A DNA stretch of 64,000 nt from Okamejei kenojei (lineage: Eukaryota), in NCBI GenBank assembly GCA_035221665.1, contig CM069151.1, forward strand, positions 18,724,001-18,788,000, given 5' to 3'. A program made the translations under genes and the position numbers. Shown in pieces: positions 40,901-55,900 of the stretch. The notes beneath the pieces were generated by a model that made no database searches, was not told the origin of the DNA, and worked only from the letters and a program-made list of their open reading frames with translations. Numbering within the stretch: the stretch's first letter is position 1; every line of letters starts with the position of its first letter.

Positions 40901-43900
40901 AACATTTAAGGCCTAGAAAACCAGCAATGGTAATAGCCATATTTCCAGGCCAATTGGAGTACATGTGAGAGGAGATTTATTTAGGTGGTGGTGCTCTCAT
41001 GCACCTATTGCACTTACCATTTTAGTTAGTAGAGGCCATAGGTTTAGGAGATACTATCACAGAGATTTTAGTGAGCCACCTGCAACTTCCAACATAACAT
41101 TAGTGGTCTTATACATGGCAGATTGTTTGTGCTCTGAATGCAATGAAGCATATTCCCAGGCTCAACAGGGAATGGAGCGGTAGAAAGCAACCATCCAAAT
41201 TGCACTGGAGTTCTTCAGTAATCTGATTAATCACTTGGAACTAACCCAAAATAAACAAAAAAATCATAAAAGACAGTAATAATATGGAATAAAACTTGAC
41301 TTCTCCCATTAGTCATTTTGTCTCAGTTCATTCAGTTGGCATTCTCTCCAGAAATTGATATGGGATATCAGCTTTATTTCCCAGCATGAAGTACAATAGC
41401 AGTTGAGTCACCTGGATGGATGGGCTTTATATGTCGCACTCTGGTTGTCATAACAAAATTTCTTTGGTGCATTAAGCAAAAAAAAAAAAAAACAATGAAC
41501 CTCATATAACACAATGCTTAATAAAGAGCGTGTGTCAAATGTCTAAAATTGATTATGGACCCTGCTTTCATTGTGCGCTATATTTATTATTACAAACAGC
41601 AAAACAACCACACACTGCTACAACAACAGTCACCACACCATCGACAACTACGGGATTTCTTCTAAACCACAGTACATGGTAAAGACAGATCTTAGTTTTC
41701 TATTTTAATAAAGAATCAGTATTTGAGAAGATTAATGCACAATCTTGGCTGAATATTTCCAAATTTTTACCAGACAAAGTGGCATTAATATCTCAGTAGT
41801 CCAAAATTGCGTAACTATCAATAATATTATGAAATTTCAATGATTTTATACTTAAGTTAGGTTTGTGATATTCCCATGAATATCTTGTACCCAATGTCAA
41901 CTTCGGACAGTGCCAGGACATTTAAGATGCAATGACCAACTCATCATGCTCTGGCCATAATCATAAACTTCATCATTCCCTGTATATCTCATGTACTTGC
42001 CTCCACCATCACATCCAACAGAAGATTCCAAGCCACTACCTCCCTGTGGTACCTTGCCTAGTGCCGCACGTGTCACCTTTAATATTTAAAATAATATTTG
42101 TATGCGCTCTAGCATTTGATTTTCAATCATCTGGGAAACGATTCGGTCAGGTTCTCTCTTTGCCTCTTATAATTTTATAATACTCTTTATTCAGAATCTC
42201 TCTCTCAATCCTCAGACATTCCAGAGAGAAACAAGCTTTGACATATTCAGCTGTTGAATTACTAAAGATAAAAAGCATCTCTAAATTTAAATATTAGATA
42301 GAAAACCTAGAAAAATTAAGGTACAAGCGTTAGGGCCATTCGGTTTCTTCGAGCCACCATTCAATATGATCAAGGCTGATCATCCTAAAACCCTGTCCCT
42401 TCGCATCTGCTTTCTCTCCATATCCCTTGATTCCATTCGCATTAAGAGCAATATAGACTCTCTTCTGCAAACATCCAGTGACTGGACTCCACTGCTATCT
42501 ATGTTCACGGAGAAAGCAGAGATTTACAACTGTCTGGGTGAACACTTGCTAAGGATGTAACATTTCAAGACGGCTCAAGTTTCCTTATATTTTCATATTT
42601 TGAATGTATTACTGCAAATGTGTCTTTTTTTACTTTGATTAAATATGCGCGATCCCTGGTGTAGTTTACTATTGAATAAACTGGTACTTTACTGTACATG
42701 TTTATTTTGTGTTGATACATTATGGGCCTGTAAAGCTGCAGCCAAGCAAGAATTTCAATGTACCAGTTCCTACCTGGGCAATGACCAAATAAACACTACT
42801 TGCTATTTTCTTGACTGGAAGGGAAATGGCTCTGTGTGCTTTGACCTTCTCAGGTTCCTGATACCAATTATAATGTATTTGATGGTAAACTTCCATCAGC
42901 ATATAAATATAAATATATAGCTTAATAGGGTTGCAGCAACGATGATGCAAATGGTTGCAACATCATCGAGTGTTTTGAGTATCTTAGAATCATGGTAATA
43001 TTTCTTTATTCAAGGAATTGCAACTAGTTGAGTGATCAGGACTTTTTTTTTTTGGAGGCATGTATCACATAATCATAAAATCATATCATCTTATTATCTT
43101 TATTAGCCACGTGATGTTTTGCAACATTATTGATGCAAAAATTTGCTTTGCCATAGTCGTACCAGCAAAAAGAGACTAGGACACCCAAATAAATTTTGAA
43201 CATTAATATCCAAAGCGAACCTCCCCCACTTTCTTCGCTGTGATGGAAGGACAGTAAATTTCAATCATCTTCCCTTCTTGTCTCCCATGGTCGGGGGGGC
43301 CTGAACATTCAGGTTGTATCGAGTGCACTATCTTGGCACCTCGCAGAGACGGTTTGAGCCTCTTGTGCTCGGGGAGATCATAGCTCTTCGCCGCATCGGG
43401 TGAATCTCAGCTTCCCCCCTATGCCGCGGCGCGAAGATCTCGAGTCTCGGGTTGGGGCTGGTGGAACCTCTTCCAACTTTGGAGCTACTCGACATCAGTC
43501 TCTAGCGAGACTGCGAGCTCATTGATGTTGAAATCTGCAGGCTGGTGGTTTGGTCAGTGAGCATCGATCCCAGGCAAGGGGATCGGCAAGCTCCGATGGC
43601 AAATGTGCAACGAGCCCTGCGAATGGGGCTCAAAGTCCAGACTCGAGCAAGCGCCGCCAAAAAAAGCCTCGCACGATGTTAGGTCCATCAGCTCCATGCA
43701 TGTTAGGCCGCAAATAGCGACCGGAGATGCAATCAGGAAAAAAAACATTGACATCTCCGGCAAGGTTAAGGGATTGAAAAAAGGTTTTCCCCAACCCCTT
43801 CGCCCATACCCCCACATGAAACAAACTAGACGAACATGTAACAGCATACTTTTAATTACACACACTTAAAAACATAAACAAATAAAGACAAATAGTGACC

Positions 43901-46900
43901 AGACAGACTGTTGGCGATGGATGGCCATCACTGATTGGTGCCACCCAGTGTAACATTTTGAATAACGCTTTGCATAATTTCTCCAATAATTATTGATTGC
44001 CTAATTTGAACTCTATGGATACTGCAGCAATTTAAATTCGAGATGCAGCAAAATAAAATAATAAATGATTTTGTTTCAATATGAACAATCGGCAACATGG
44101 ATGGTAGGACATTTTCAGCAGCAGTAACTATCTGCACTTTTCACATCAACACATCCTACCCATTTGATTAAATATACAATTGCAGCTGGAGTATATAAAT
44201 ATATAATGAGGAACTGAGTTACGTGTCTTCTGCTTCTCCTTGTCCTCAGACATTCCGCAGGACCACAAGTGCAAGCAGAAGTACAAGGAACACATTTTGC
44301 ACACGGTTGATGATGATGATCATAACCACAGTTTGGACAAAATAAACTAATTGTATTACTGATGCATTATACACTATGAGTTAATATTGCATACATGGAC
44401 AATACAGAAACAATACAATCATGGCAAAGAACATGGTTGTAGCTTCCATGAAATCCACAATTGGTATATTAAGCAGAATGGGGATATTGTTTGTGTTGAC
44501 ACAATGAGACATTCACCAGTTCTGATGATGACAAAGAGAAAGAAAAATTAACGCTGTATAGCCTTCCAACTTAACCTAAACGATGATGAAAAAAATATCA
44601 CCAGTGGTAAAATGGTTTTATTAAAATGTGTGCCAAGTTTTATGAATTCCTGTTGAACTTTTTTCTACAACCATGAACCACTACTTCTTGGCCCTCCATT
44701 GCTTTGAATTAAATATAACATTTATTATTTCACTTTTCTCTAGAAACAACATCACCGAACATCAAACAACTGAGAGAACCACACCGTCACTACACCAGGG
44801 TTAGTAACACTCATGTTTCCTTTTCTTTGAGTCACGTCTGAGATACTGTTTCAATTAAACTCTTCCCTCTTCAAGAACATTTGTTCTTTGTTGTGCTCCG
44901 ATTATTTATACATGGTTAGTTTCCCACTGTGAAAATATGGCAACAGCTTCTGAATTAAGGAGGATTTTTGGTGCTGGTTGCACGCAATAAGTTTAAAAGG
45001 AGCATTAAGCAATTAACCTTTCAATAGATACAAATAAGAATATTCAGCAGTCGTTCCTTTTTAGCAAAAGACTCTTCTCTTCACACGGCAGACGCTTATT
45101 CTATATCTGAGAGTGTTTTGTCATGGTTAGGTTATAAAACAGACTATGTTCCAAGACATAATGTATATGACCAGTTAGTATAGGTGTGATGACTTGCAAA
45201 GGTATAGCGCTTTTAACGTTGTCTTCTGCACAATGATTGATTCCAAAAAATCAGTGCAAGAGGCTTATATAAATTTAATCGACCAAACAACATTTTGGAT
45301 TTAATTGGTCATATTTTGTTTATATTTGTTTTCATTTTGGTTCATTTTGGTCAAATTAATAGATACTTAATATGGAATCTCATAAGATCACCTCAGATAT
45401 TCATTATTTGATGGTCTAAACAATTACAATTACAATGACAATCGAAAAAACAAGTGTGTTTCGAGACTTATCACTGATGAAGTTGAGTTGTATTGGAAAT
45501 GATGTGCCGACCTTTTGCAAATTGAAGTTGTAAACGCATTTGTATTCTTCTCTCACAGGAACAACACCAACAACATCTACAACACACTGGCACAACTGAG
45601 TCCACCACCAGTTCCACAACAGGTGAGTCAAACCACTTTTCAATAAACATTGGCAAGTCTTAAGGCAATGGTGTTAAACTTGTCTAACAGCTCTGTGTCT
45701 TAACTCATGCATCTTAGCTTATCTTGATAAGCATAGAATATGAGCAAAATAATAACTTGTTAAGACACAATATCTGATGACTTTATAAACAAGTATATCA
45801 AGTTATAACACAATCTTCAACAAAAGCTGTAGAAAGCAATGTAGAGGAACTGAATTTGTGTTCTTTGGGCTTCTTATTTTCCCCTTCGGATATTCCGCAA
45901 GGAACAAGCTAAAGTAACAGGATTAAAATGAGCATGTTTCTTGCAGGATGAGGATCATGGCAAAGTTTGAACATATGAACGCAAAAACTCATTGTTTACA
46001 GATGCATAACCATTTTGAGAAGTAATGGTATCCACTAGACCAGCGTTTCTCAACCAGGGTTCCCTGGACCGCCAGGGTTCCGCAAGTGGTCGCCATGGGT
46101 TCCAAGAGAAATAGTGATAAATAGACTAATCATATGTAAATGCATTTTTGAGTCATTTTTGTGTTTAATTACATATTGGTAATTTCATCATACACATACG
46201 GCATATTTAGTGACGTCTATTTAGCATATTTATCAACGTCTTTTGGCGACGTCCATACGGCACCAGTGTGAAGTCCTTCAGTATGGACCCAGTGGGACCA
46301 GGTGCTGTACGTTGTGAAACAACCATGTGAGTTCAGAGGCATGTCTGAGATCTTGTTAAACGTTTCAATTGTGAAGGAAAAACGGAAGTTTGGTGTTTTC
46401 TGCCTCTCCATTTTCTTAGACTTTCTGTACCAAAAAGCAATCCCATTATTTTATCAATGAACACATTTTACGAAAAGTAGGGATCATGTTCATGGGACCT
46501 ATGAACAAACATGTTTTACCATTGCACACACATCTTACTCCATAGAAATGATGGTTTATAAAAGGACATTGCGGTCTTGAAGACGGTGTGAGCTTCCATG
46601 AAATCCGTAACTGTGAATGGGTAGAAGCAGGAATATTTCGGGCACAGAAATATTCAGCGCTGACTGATTCATCAAAAAGAATATTGTGCCTGGCCATTTT
46701 ATTCTATGAAGAAAAAAAATGCCATCTGTAAACAATTTTATAATAAAGTGTGCCCACCATATGAATTCCTCTGATGGGTTCTGACTACCAATAGTTAGCT
46801 GTGGCATTTCCTCTTGGCTGATCTCGTGGATTGATATTGATATTTTCTTTCTCTAGAAACCACCAACAACTACATCAACAACTGAGACCACAACCACCCG

Positions 46901-49900
46901 TACTTCATCTGGATAGTGACATTATTTTATAGACAATGTTAGCGAAAGTCACCATAACAGGGTAAACTAAAGTATTAATCATGCACACACAACACCTATG
47001 GAACAAAATCCGACTTGAAGTCTCTGGTGTGGTGAGGCAGGTGCTCTACCTTGCTGTGGCACTTGCCGCTCTTATATTCAAAATTCTAATCAGTAGTTCT
47101 TAGAGATACTTTGCTGAGCTTCACACAATCTTCAGTTGGTACAAGAAGAACGGTATTGTTGTGATGGCATGAATATTCATCTGCTCGATTGACAAGGAAA
47201 AAAGAAGCATTGCGCGGTAAAGTATAGGCCAACATGCTACTATTTAATGGTGAAGAAAAATGAAACTATTTAAATGTTTTAATAAAAATGGTGCCGCCTC
47301 ATGAATTCATGTTGCTGGCCTTATAACGACAATACCAATTCCCCTTGGCTGTCCCATGAATATAGCCATGTTTTCTTTCACTAGGAAACAAACACCAACA
47401 ACTGAGGACCCCACCAGCACTAATCAAGGTTAGGTAACATCATCTATCCATCTTGTTAGCGTTTGTTTTAGGACTCTTGTCTTTGTTTAGTGAAGCCTCT
47501 ATATAGGCACCTTCTTCAGCACACTATTTGTCTTGCTTTGTTCCAAAATGTTGATTGTTTTTCTTCACCACGGAAAATATAGAAACAGGCTGCCGAATTT
47601 AAGAAGCCTTTTGGTTCTGATTGCCTGCAATAATTTTAAAAAGAGTCAATTGAGTCTCGGGCACGCCTTTCAGTAAGACATGTGATATTTTCAGACTAGA
47701 CTATAGAAAAAGGTTCTTCCTTTCACCTTTCCCTATTCAGGGGTTTATGGTCATCGGCAACGCTGTTGACAACAGTTTTGTTTCTGTTCGCAATGGATTT
47801 TCCAAATGGATCAACGAAGAAGTAGAACTTTCTCAAAAGATATAAGGTTTTTTCTTATCAGTTGGGCCATTTGTAAATCATGATCGCAAATGTGGTTAAT
47901 TTTCTTAAATGTCCGTTGTGCTTCGGCATGAGAATGAAACAATGATAAAATTCAGGCACAATCTCAGCAAATATGTGCAGTGTCGATACTTGAAATTGAT
48001 TGCTGACTTTTTGCCAATTCAATTGGTAATTTTTTTCTATTTGCTCTTCAGGAACAAAACACCAACAACACTTCACACAACTGGTACCAAACTGAAGTCC
48101 ACTCAATTTCCACAACAGGTGAGTCAAACCACTTTCAATTAATCATTGGCAAATCTGAAGGACATGAGACATACTTAACATGGCTCTGTTTGACTTACTT
48201 CATTGCATCTTTGTTATATTATTGGCATACATTGTGCACATATACATGGTTAAGATGTCAATGTTTGTTATAACAATTTATACCAATTTTGACACAATTT
48301 CAAAAAAAATTGGGGGAATTGTGGGAGGAGGGAACTTTGAGTTGGTGCTTTCTGCTTATCATTTTCGTTCGGACATTCCGTAGCCCTCAAAGATAGCTAG
48401 CTACCCAAATACGCTGGCTCTGTCACCTTGGTTTAGGCTCACGAGCCAACCTTATTGGCTACAAAAAAGTTTCAAGAGAAGAATAACCCCAGAGTCTCCC
48501 AAGTGTGGCGAGCAGACGGACTCTCAGACTAATATTTAAATGGGGACGATTAGGAAAAGGGGAGAGTGCAGCGGAGCCTGGGGTGTCCATGTACACCAGT
48601 CATTGAAAGGTAGGCTGCTGCAGCAGGGCAATGACAAAAAGTCGATGTGTATGTTAGCTTCATAGCAAAAGGATTATGAGGTACAGGATGCAGGGCGGGT
48701 TCTACTACTCAAGATGTACAGGGGTCTTGTGAGACCACAAACTGGAGTATTGCGTACAGTTTTGGTCTCCAAATTCTGAGGAAGGACATTATTGGCCATT
48801 AGAGGGGAGATGCTGAGAAGGTTCACAGACTGATCCTGGGATGTTTCAGGGACTTCTATGAAAGAAAAAGACTGGATATAGACCGGTTTATACTCTCTGG
48901 AATTTTAGGAGATTGAGAGGAGGCATCTCCCCCTATCGACACTTACAAAATTCTTAAGGGGTATGGAACAGCTAGATGCAGTGGAGATGTTCCCAATGAT
49001 GGGGGAGTCAGGACAAGAGGACCCAGCTTATCAAGGGCGGGAAATCCTTTAAGACCGAGATGCGAGAAGACTTTTTTCACACAGCGAGAGTGCGAAATGT
49101 GAGTAGATTGTGAGTATTGTTGATGTGAGGTCTGGATTTGATTGTGATGATGAAGGACTCTCTCTTGTTTTGAGCTCTTTTGGATTGATGTATGAGAGTT
49201 GATGTGAGATGAGAGTGTGATTGTGATTTGATTTTGTGTGAGAATGAGATGAGTGTAAAGTGATGAGATGTTTTGAATGGAGTTTGAGTTTAGATATTGA
49301 TAGTGAATGGATGTATGGTAGACTGATTTGAATATTTTGTGAGTTGATGATAGTTGATTGGATGCAAGCTTGGTGAGGGAGATGATGATGACTGTGATGG
49401 CTGGTGAACGCGAGACTTGAAGCAGTTGAAGATTTGGATGGATGAGTTTGATGAGTTGTTGAATGATGACCGTGAGGTCATTTTGGCTAAATAAATTGTG
49501 ATTTTGAAGACTGAGTTGAAAATGGATGATGCGCCCTGTGGCTGTTGAACATTTGAATTTGAAAGTTGTTGATGAGTTTGATGACTGATTCGAGGGAATT
49601 GTGGAATAAGAGGGTATGGAGATTTTGAGAACATGCAGAGAAGTGAATTGACGATTTTTGATGAGTAAAAAGATGATTGGTTGAGATGATTTGAATTTGT
49701 TTGATAGATTTGTTGAATTGTGATTGAGATGTGATGAATTATGTTGATTTGATGATGTTTGAAAATGAATGAGATAGAATGAATGATTTTTTGATTTGAT
49801 GGAGTTGATTTGATGAGAATGCAGAATGTTTTGACGGGATACTGATGGATGAAAGGATGGAGAGATGATTTTGATTTGTGAATTGATGAGTTTTTGGTGG

Positions 49901-52900
49901 GCATGTGAGTGATTGTTGATTTGAGTCTCTGGTAGCCATTGTTGAGGCCAGTTCATATTTAAGAGTGAGTTGGAGATGTGGCTGGCGGTGAGGGTATGGA
50001 GAGAAGGCACGGTCGAGAGTTGGATGTCAGGCCTGCAGGCTCAAGGTGCTGATGGGCTACACCTGCACTAATTTCTATGTTATAGTTTCATCGACTGACC
50101 AATCCGGTTAACAAACCTTGGAAACGGACACCGACATTGAATCAGGTAAAGTGTGGCAAGGATCTTGAGAAAGACGAGCAGCTGGGACACTGTTCCTCTC
50201 AGACCTGTAGGTATGGGTGGTCTAACGTACTCGGTTCTTCAATATTCATCAATGGACGGAAGTAAATGCTTGAAAATTCCCCAAACCAGTCGCCCCCGCT
50301 TTAGACCAATTTACAGCAAGAGGAAGTGTCAAATCTGTTGGATGAAATCTCAGAGCGGCAGGAAGAAATCAGTCCTCAGAGCATCAGCCACCCTCAGGGA
50401 TGGTGGCAGAAGTTTCAGGCAACACAGTCCAAACGCAACCAGGCACATCGTAAAGTAAAGACGAGGACATGCAAGATGTAAGCCATTGGTGAAATGGCCA
50501 AGTCTAAACAAGGTAGTGGGAATCCATCAATGAGATGTGAGCCGTAATCTTAAGTGGAGAATCAAGGGTCACAGAGAAGCATCATGTATCTAGGGGGACA
50601 TCTGGAAACAGACCAATGTTTCGCATTGCAAAACATTCCATTAAAATTAGAAAGAAAATTTATGGTATAGTACGTAGATTTGTTGTCTTTGTAAGATGGT
50701 TTTCTTTCAATGAACTCCAGCCAACTGGTTGTTGTGTTATAGCGAAGAGAGGCAGGGATTATTTTGGTTGGCCACAGAAGTATTCAGATGCTGATTGATC
50801 AAACGTATATTTTGCCCTCTTACGTGTATTCTACCGAAGCACAAACATGCCATCTGTTTAACGTTTAATAAGACGTGCGCCCGCATATGGAAATCCTGTG
50901 ATGGTTTTCTGAATACCCAATTAAGTTAGCTATATACTACAATTCTCCTCTTGGCTGCTTGGTGACTGTTGCCATTTTTTTTTCTTTCACTAAGAACACC
51001 AACAAACTAACTTCAACAAACTGAGACCACTACCAGTTACTACTAGGATAGTGACAATTATTTTAGGACACTTGTAGGAAAGGCACAATAACAGGAGTAA
51101 CATGTACTCTCCATGCACCACACACCCAAGGAACTCAAATGGATTGAAGTCTCTTGGTGCTGTTGAGGTAGGAGTTGCACCATGCTCGGGCACATTTAGC
51201 TCTCCGTAGTGTTCTAAATTTTGCTCATTCGTTTCTTGGAATACGTTGCTGAGCTTCCACACAATCTGAAGGTGGTACAATTAAGAGAGCGTAAAATTTT
51301 TGTGCTGCCCTGACATAAATTCAGCTTTCTGATTGACAAGAAAACGAGAATGCAGTGGAGTAAATGGCCCACACATTTATTCAATGATGAAGGAAAATGA
51401 CGCACTAGTAAAATGTTTTAATAAAATGTTGCACGCCCATGAATTCCTGTTGATGGCTTTATAAACTGAACCAAGTCCTCTTGGCAGCCCAGTTGATAAA
51501 GCATTGTTTTATTTCACTAGATAAAGCGACACCACAACTGAGACCACCACCAGCACTACATCAGGTTAGTAACCATAATCCTATCAATCTTGTTAGCTTT
51601 TCCTTTCGGGACTCAGTTGCATTTGTTTTGTGAAGCCTCTTATAGCACACTCTTCAGGAAACATTGTTCGTTTACTTGTCCAGAACATGTTAGTTGTATA
51701 TCCACTGAAATATAGAAACAGCTGCCGAATTAGGAGGCCCTTTGGTTCAGAATGCTGCAATTAATTTTCAAAAGAGAGCATTGCGTAGGACATGTATAAG
51801 GGATTTTCATTTGTATAGAAAATGTTTTCTTCCTTTCACACCCTCTTCACTATTACCGTGAAGTTTAATGGTCATGGCACACGTCCTTGGCTAATACAGT
51901 TTTGTTTTGTTCAATGATTTTTACCAAACTGGAGAAATCAAGACGAAGGAGGTTAGAACATCTTCAAAAAATCAAAGAGATGTTCTTTAATGACGATGGC
52001 CTCCATTTGGATAAAGATATTGACGCAAAAATGTGGTTAATTTTGTAAAGTCCGTTGCTTAGGATATGAGCAATGAAACATTGATAAAAATTCATTCAAG
52101 CCAAACACAAAATGTTGCCGTGTGTACTGAAAATGATTGCTATTTGCATTCAATTTGTACACGCTTTGCATTTGCTACACACAGAAACCAACCCAACCAA
52201 CAACACTTTGACAAACTGTACAACTGCGTCCACCTCCAGTCACAAACAGGCGCGTCAACACTTTCAATAAACATTGGCAAATCTGAAGACCAATGAGGAC
52301 ACCCTTGCTTACATGCGCTCTGGACATATACTTTCATGATCTATTGCTTACATTATTGGCATAAATTGCGCACGTATATACTTGTTAAGATGTGCAATTG
52401 CATTGGATCATAACATTTATAACAAAATTTTTTTTAATTTGACACATTTCTCCAAAACAAAAGATTAGGATTTGTTGGTGTTTTTCTGTGTCTCATTTAC
52501 TTGTTTAGTACATTCCCATAGCAAAAGACAAACTAAAAATAAAATGATAGAAAAAGAATATCGCTCTTTTTTACGCGCCAAGTTGAGGATCTTGTATTCA
52601 CTGGTGGGTGGCATATGGAAAACAGGATGTTTATTGCATTGCACATACATGCCATGACTATTAGAAATTATGGTATTTAATTAGAACCTTGTAGGTCTGT
52701 GGGAGACGGGACAGTTGAGTTCTTCCATGTAAAATCAGCAACAGGTGAATAGACAGAGCAGGATTATTGTGTTGGCACAGAATTATCTTGCAGTGATTGA
52801 AAAGTATATTTTTGGCCCTCCTTTTATTCTGACGAAGACATAACCAAATGCAACCTTTGAAACATTTTAATAAAGTGTTCCATGCATATGAGGAATGAAT

Positions 52901-55900
52901 CCTGTGATGGTTTTCCTGGACATACAATACATAGCTGTATACACAATACTTCTTGGCTTTGTCATGGTTTTGATATTGCATAAATTTTGCTTCACTAGCA
53001 ACACAACAACTACACACAACAACAACTGAGACCACTACCGTACTCTACAATCAGGTTAAGTGACAATATATTTCAGTCAACTTGTTGTTAAAGGACCCCC
53101 TACAGGGTAGACTGTAATCTCCATGGCACACAACACCACGGATCGGAACTAAAACAAGGCTGAGGTTCTTCTGGTGCGTGGGAGGGTAGGAGTTGTATGA
53201 GCTGAGGCACTTTACCACTCCTTATGTTGTAAATTTCTGATCAGTAGGTTCTAGAAAACTTGCTTGTGGCATCCACAAACTCTGATGTTGCTAAATTAAG
53301 AAATTGAAATTGTTTATGATTGCCCTGAAAATTCAGCTGCTGCGATTGTTGAAAGGAAAAACTCTAAAGCAGCCGTATAGTTGGCAACGTTAACTTCATT
53401 CAATGCACGGATGTGAATTCTAAAATATTGGTGAAGTGACGGGGAAGTGACCGGGAAATCGAAAGTGACCTGGGCTGGCACGGAGGGCACCTCACACCCT
53501 CGAGTGGAGGTGTGAAATAGGGAGGCGAGCAGGCCGCAAGCCGCTGAACGCCGTGGCGGGGACACACACAGTCTGTTTGTTGCTGAGCAGTTTATTATCC
53601 TTGCTCCATCTTCGTATGAAGTAACAATCTTACATCAGAAACAACATTTTTTCATAAATTGTGTGCAGCTCGATCAATCCCTGTTGATGGGCTTGATTTC
53701 AGCGTAAAGATTTTTCAATAATGGCACGAATAATGGTATTAGAAAGAAAAATGGGGTATTTGAAAGTCGACCTTGCGGTCTTTGAAGAAGACGGTTGAAC
53801 TTCGCATCCTGCAACTGGTGTGTAGAGAGAACCGTATTTTGTGATGGGCCAGAAATATTCAGCGCTGATTGTCATATATATATATTTTTGCCATACAATT
53901 ATTCCTCATGAAGAATAAAATTGTTCCATCTGTAAAACTTTTATAATGGTGCAGCATATGAATTCCTGCTGATGGTTTACAAACCAAATAGTTAGTCTGT
54001 GTACCACTTCTTCCTGGCAGTCTTGGTTGATGCATTATTATTGCTTTCTTATTTCTATATTATTCTTTCAACGTGCAACACCAACAACTCACATCAACTG
54101 AGAACCACTACCAGTACTACATCAGGTTAGTGTGACTATATTAGTTTTCAACACTAGGAACAGGCACACATAACAGGGAGTACATGGCAACTCTGGACAT
54201 GAAGAACACCCAAGGAAACAATGATCAAACTGAGGTCTCGGGTGTTGGTGAAGGTAGAGCGACCAGTTGTGTGCATTAAAAAAAATTAACCGCTAACTTA
54301 ATGTCCTACTACTAACTTTTCTGATTCGTAAATCTTTTCTAGAATATACTAGCAGAGCTTTCACACCCTTAACAAAATCTGAAGTTGGTTTCATTAAGAA
54401 TTGAAAATTGTATTGAATAGCCTGAAATATTGAGAGCAGGATTAGACACGAAAAAATAATGGTTCGTCTTTGTTCGACGCTTTATATTCAATTTCCCTGG
54501 TGAAAGTGACTGGGGGAAGTGAACCCGGGGACCGGCACCGGAGAAAGACCCCACACGCGGAGTTGCGGTGGTGAAATTGGCGAGTGGGGCACTGAAACCT
54601 GTGGAGAGGCCGCGGGGGGACAGTCAGTCCAGTGTTGCAGACGCAGTTGATCTTCATTCGCTTATATGATTAGTAAGAAGAATCAATCTTCATAGTAAAA
54701 TACATTTTCATAATGTGTCCAGCTCATGAATTCCTGTTGTTGATGGCATTCTAGTATTAACTGGTATCAATTCCTCTTATCGAATTATCACTAGGCTTTT
54801 TTCTTGGTGGCTAGCCCGCACTTACTCTCCTCTTCTCTTTGAACAGAGCATCTCTAAATCTTACTTCTTTCCCTAGCAAACGGACACCGACAACTACCGA
54901 GAACCACCACCAGCACTACAAATCAGGTTAGGTAACATAGTCTAATCATTCTTTTTAACATTTTCTTCCTCCAAACTCTGTGCTTTTGGTTTGGTGAAAG
55001 CTCTATTTAGCCCCTGTTTCAGGAAGCATCTGTTTCATTGCTTAATTTTATTGTTGAATTTTCCGCAAAAATTCGTAGTTTCTTCATGAAATATTAATAG
55101 AGCTACACTACAAATTAAGGAGGCCTGTTGGTGCTGGGTTGCCTACCCAAATTTCAAAAGAAGCATTGAGGCTGGGCTTTTCCAGTTGACATGGATAAAG
55201 GATATTTCACATAGATGAAGTGTCGCTCTTCACATCGCCTGCCCTCAGTATTCCCACACTATTTCCGGAATTTATGGTCATGGCAAATGCTGTTAACTCA
55301 GTTTTGTTATGCTCAAATGATTGTTTTTCCAAAAATGATCAACACGGAGTTTTGAAAACTTTCTTTAAAAATCAACAGGAGGAGTCTTATCATAATGTCG
55401 GTTATATTGACCAAAGCAAAAATGTTAACTGACTAAAATGTCTTGCATAGGCACCAGCAATGTAACATTTGTTTGAAAATTCAAGCCCAGTTAAGGATCA
55501 ATGTGCAAGTGTCGGACGTCCTGAAATTGATTGTGGACTCTTGAAATCAAGTGTAAAATCATTTCTTCTGCTCTCCTGTCACTCATCTCAGGAACAAAAC
55601 AACACCAAAAACATCTTTGACAACTGGAGTACAACTGAGACCACACCTCCCGTACCACAACAGGTAGTAGTCAAAAACACATTCAATAAACCATTAAGCA
55701 TATCAAAGACAACGAGAAACATTTCTGACACATCAGCTCCTGTGACTTAATTTCTTGGCATTCTTTGCTTTACATTATTGCATAAATTGTGGCAAGTATA
55801 TCCATGTTAGAGTCAATGTTTGACTCATCAATAACAATACCAACTTTTTGACACAATTTCAAAATAGTTCGGATTTGTGGAGTGAAAATTAGTTTGGGAA

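Noticed and set aside
49095-49925. C-poor G/A/T-rich aperiodic tract giving 355-aa and 204-aa S/H/I/Q/N-rich minus-strand ORFs
   Set aside because: It splits a CR1 between two adjacent consensus segments and has no periodicity or termini. The ORFs exist because the composition avoids minus-strand stops. Most likely a low-quality long-read segment, not a gene.
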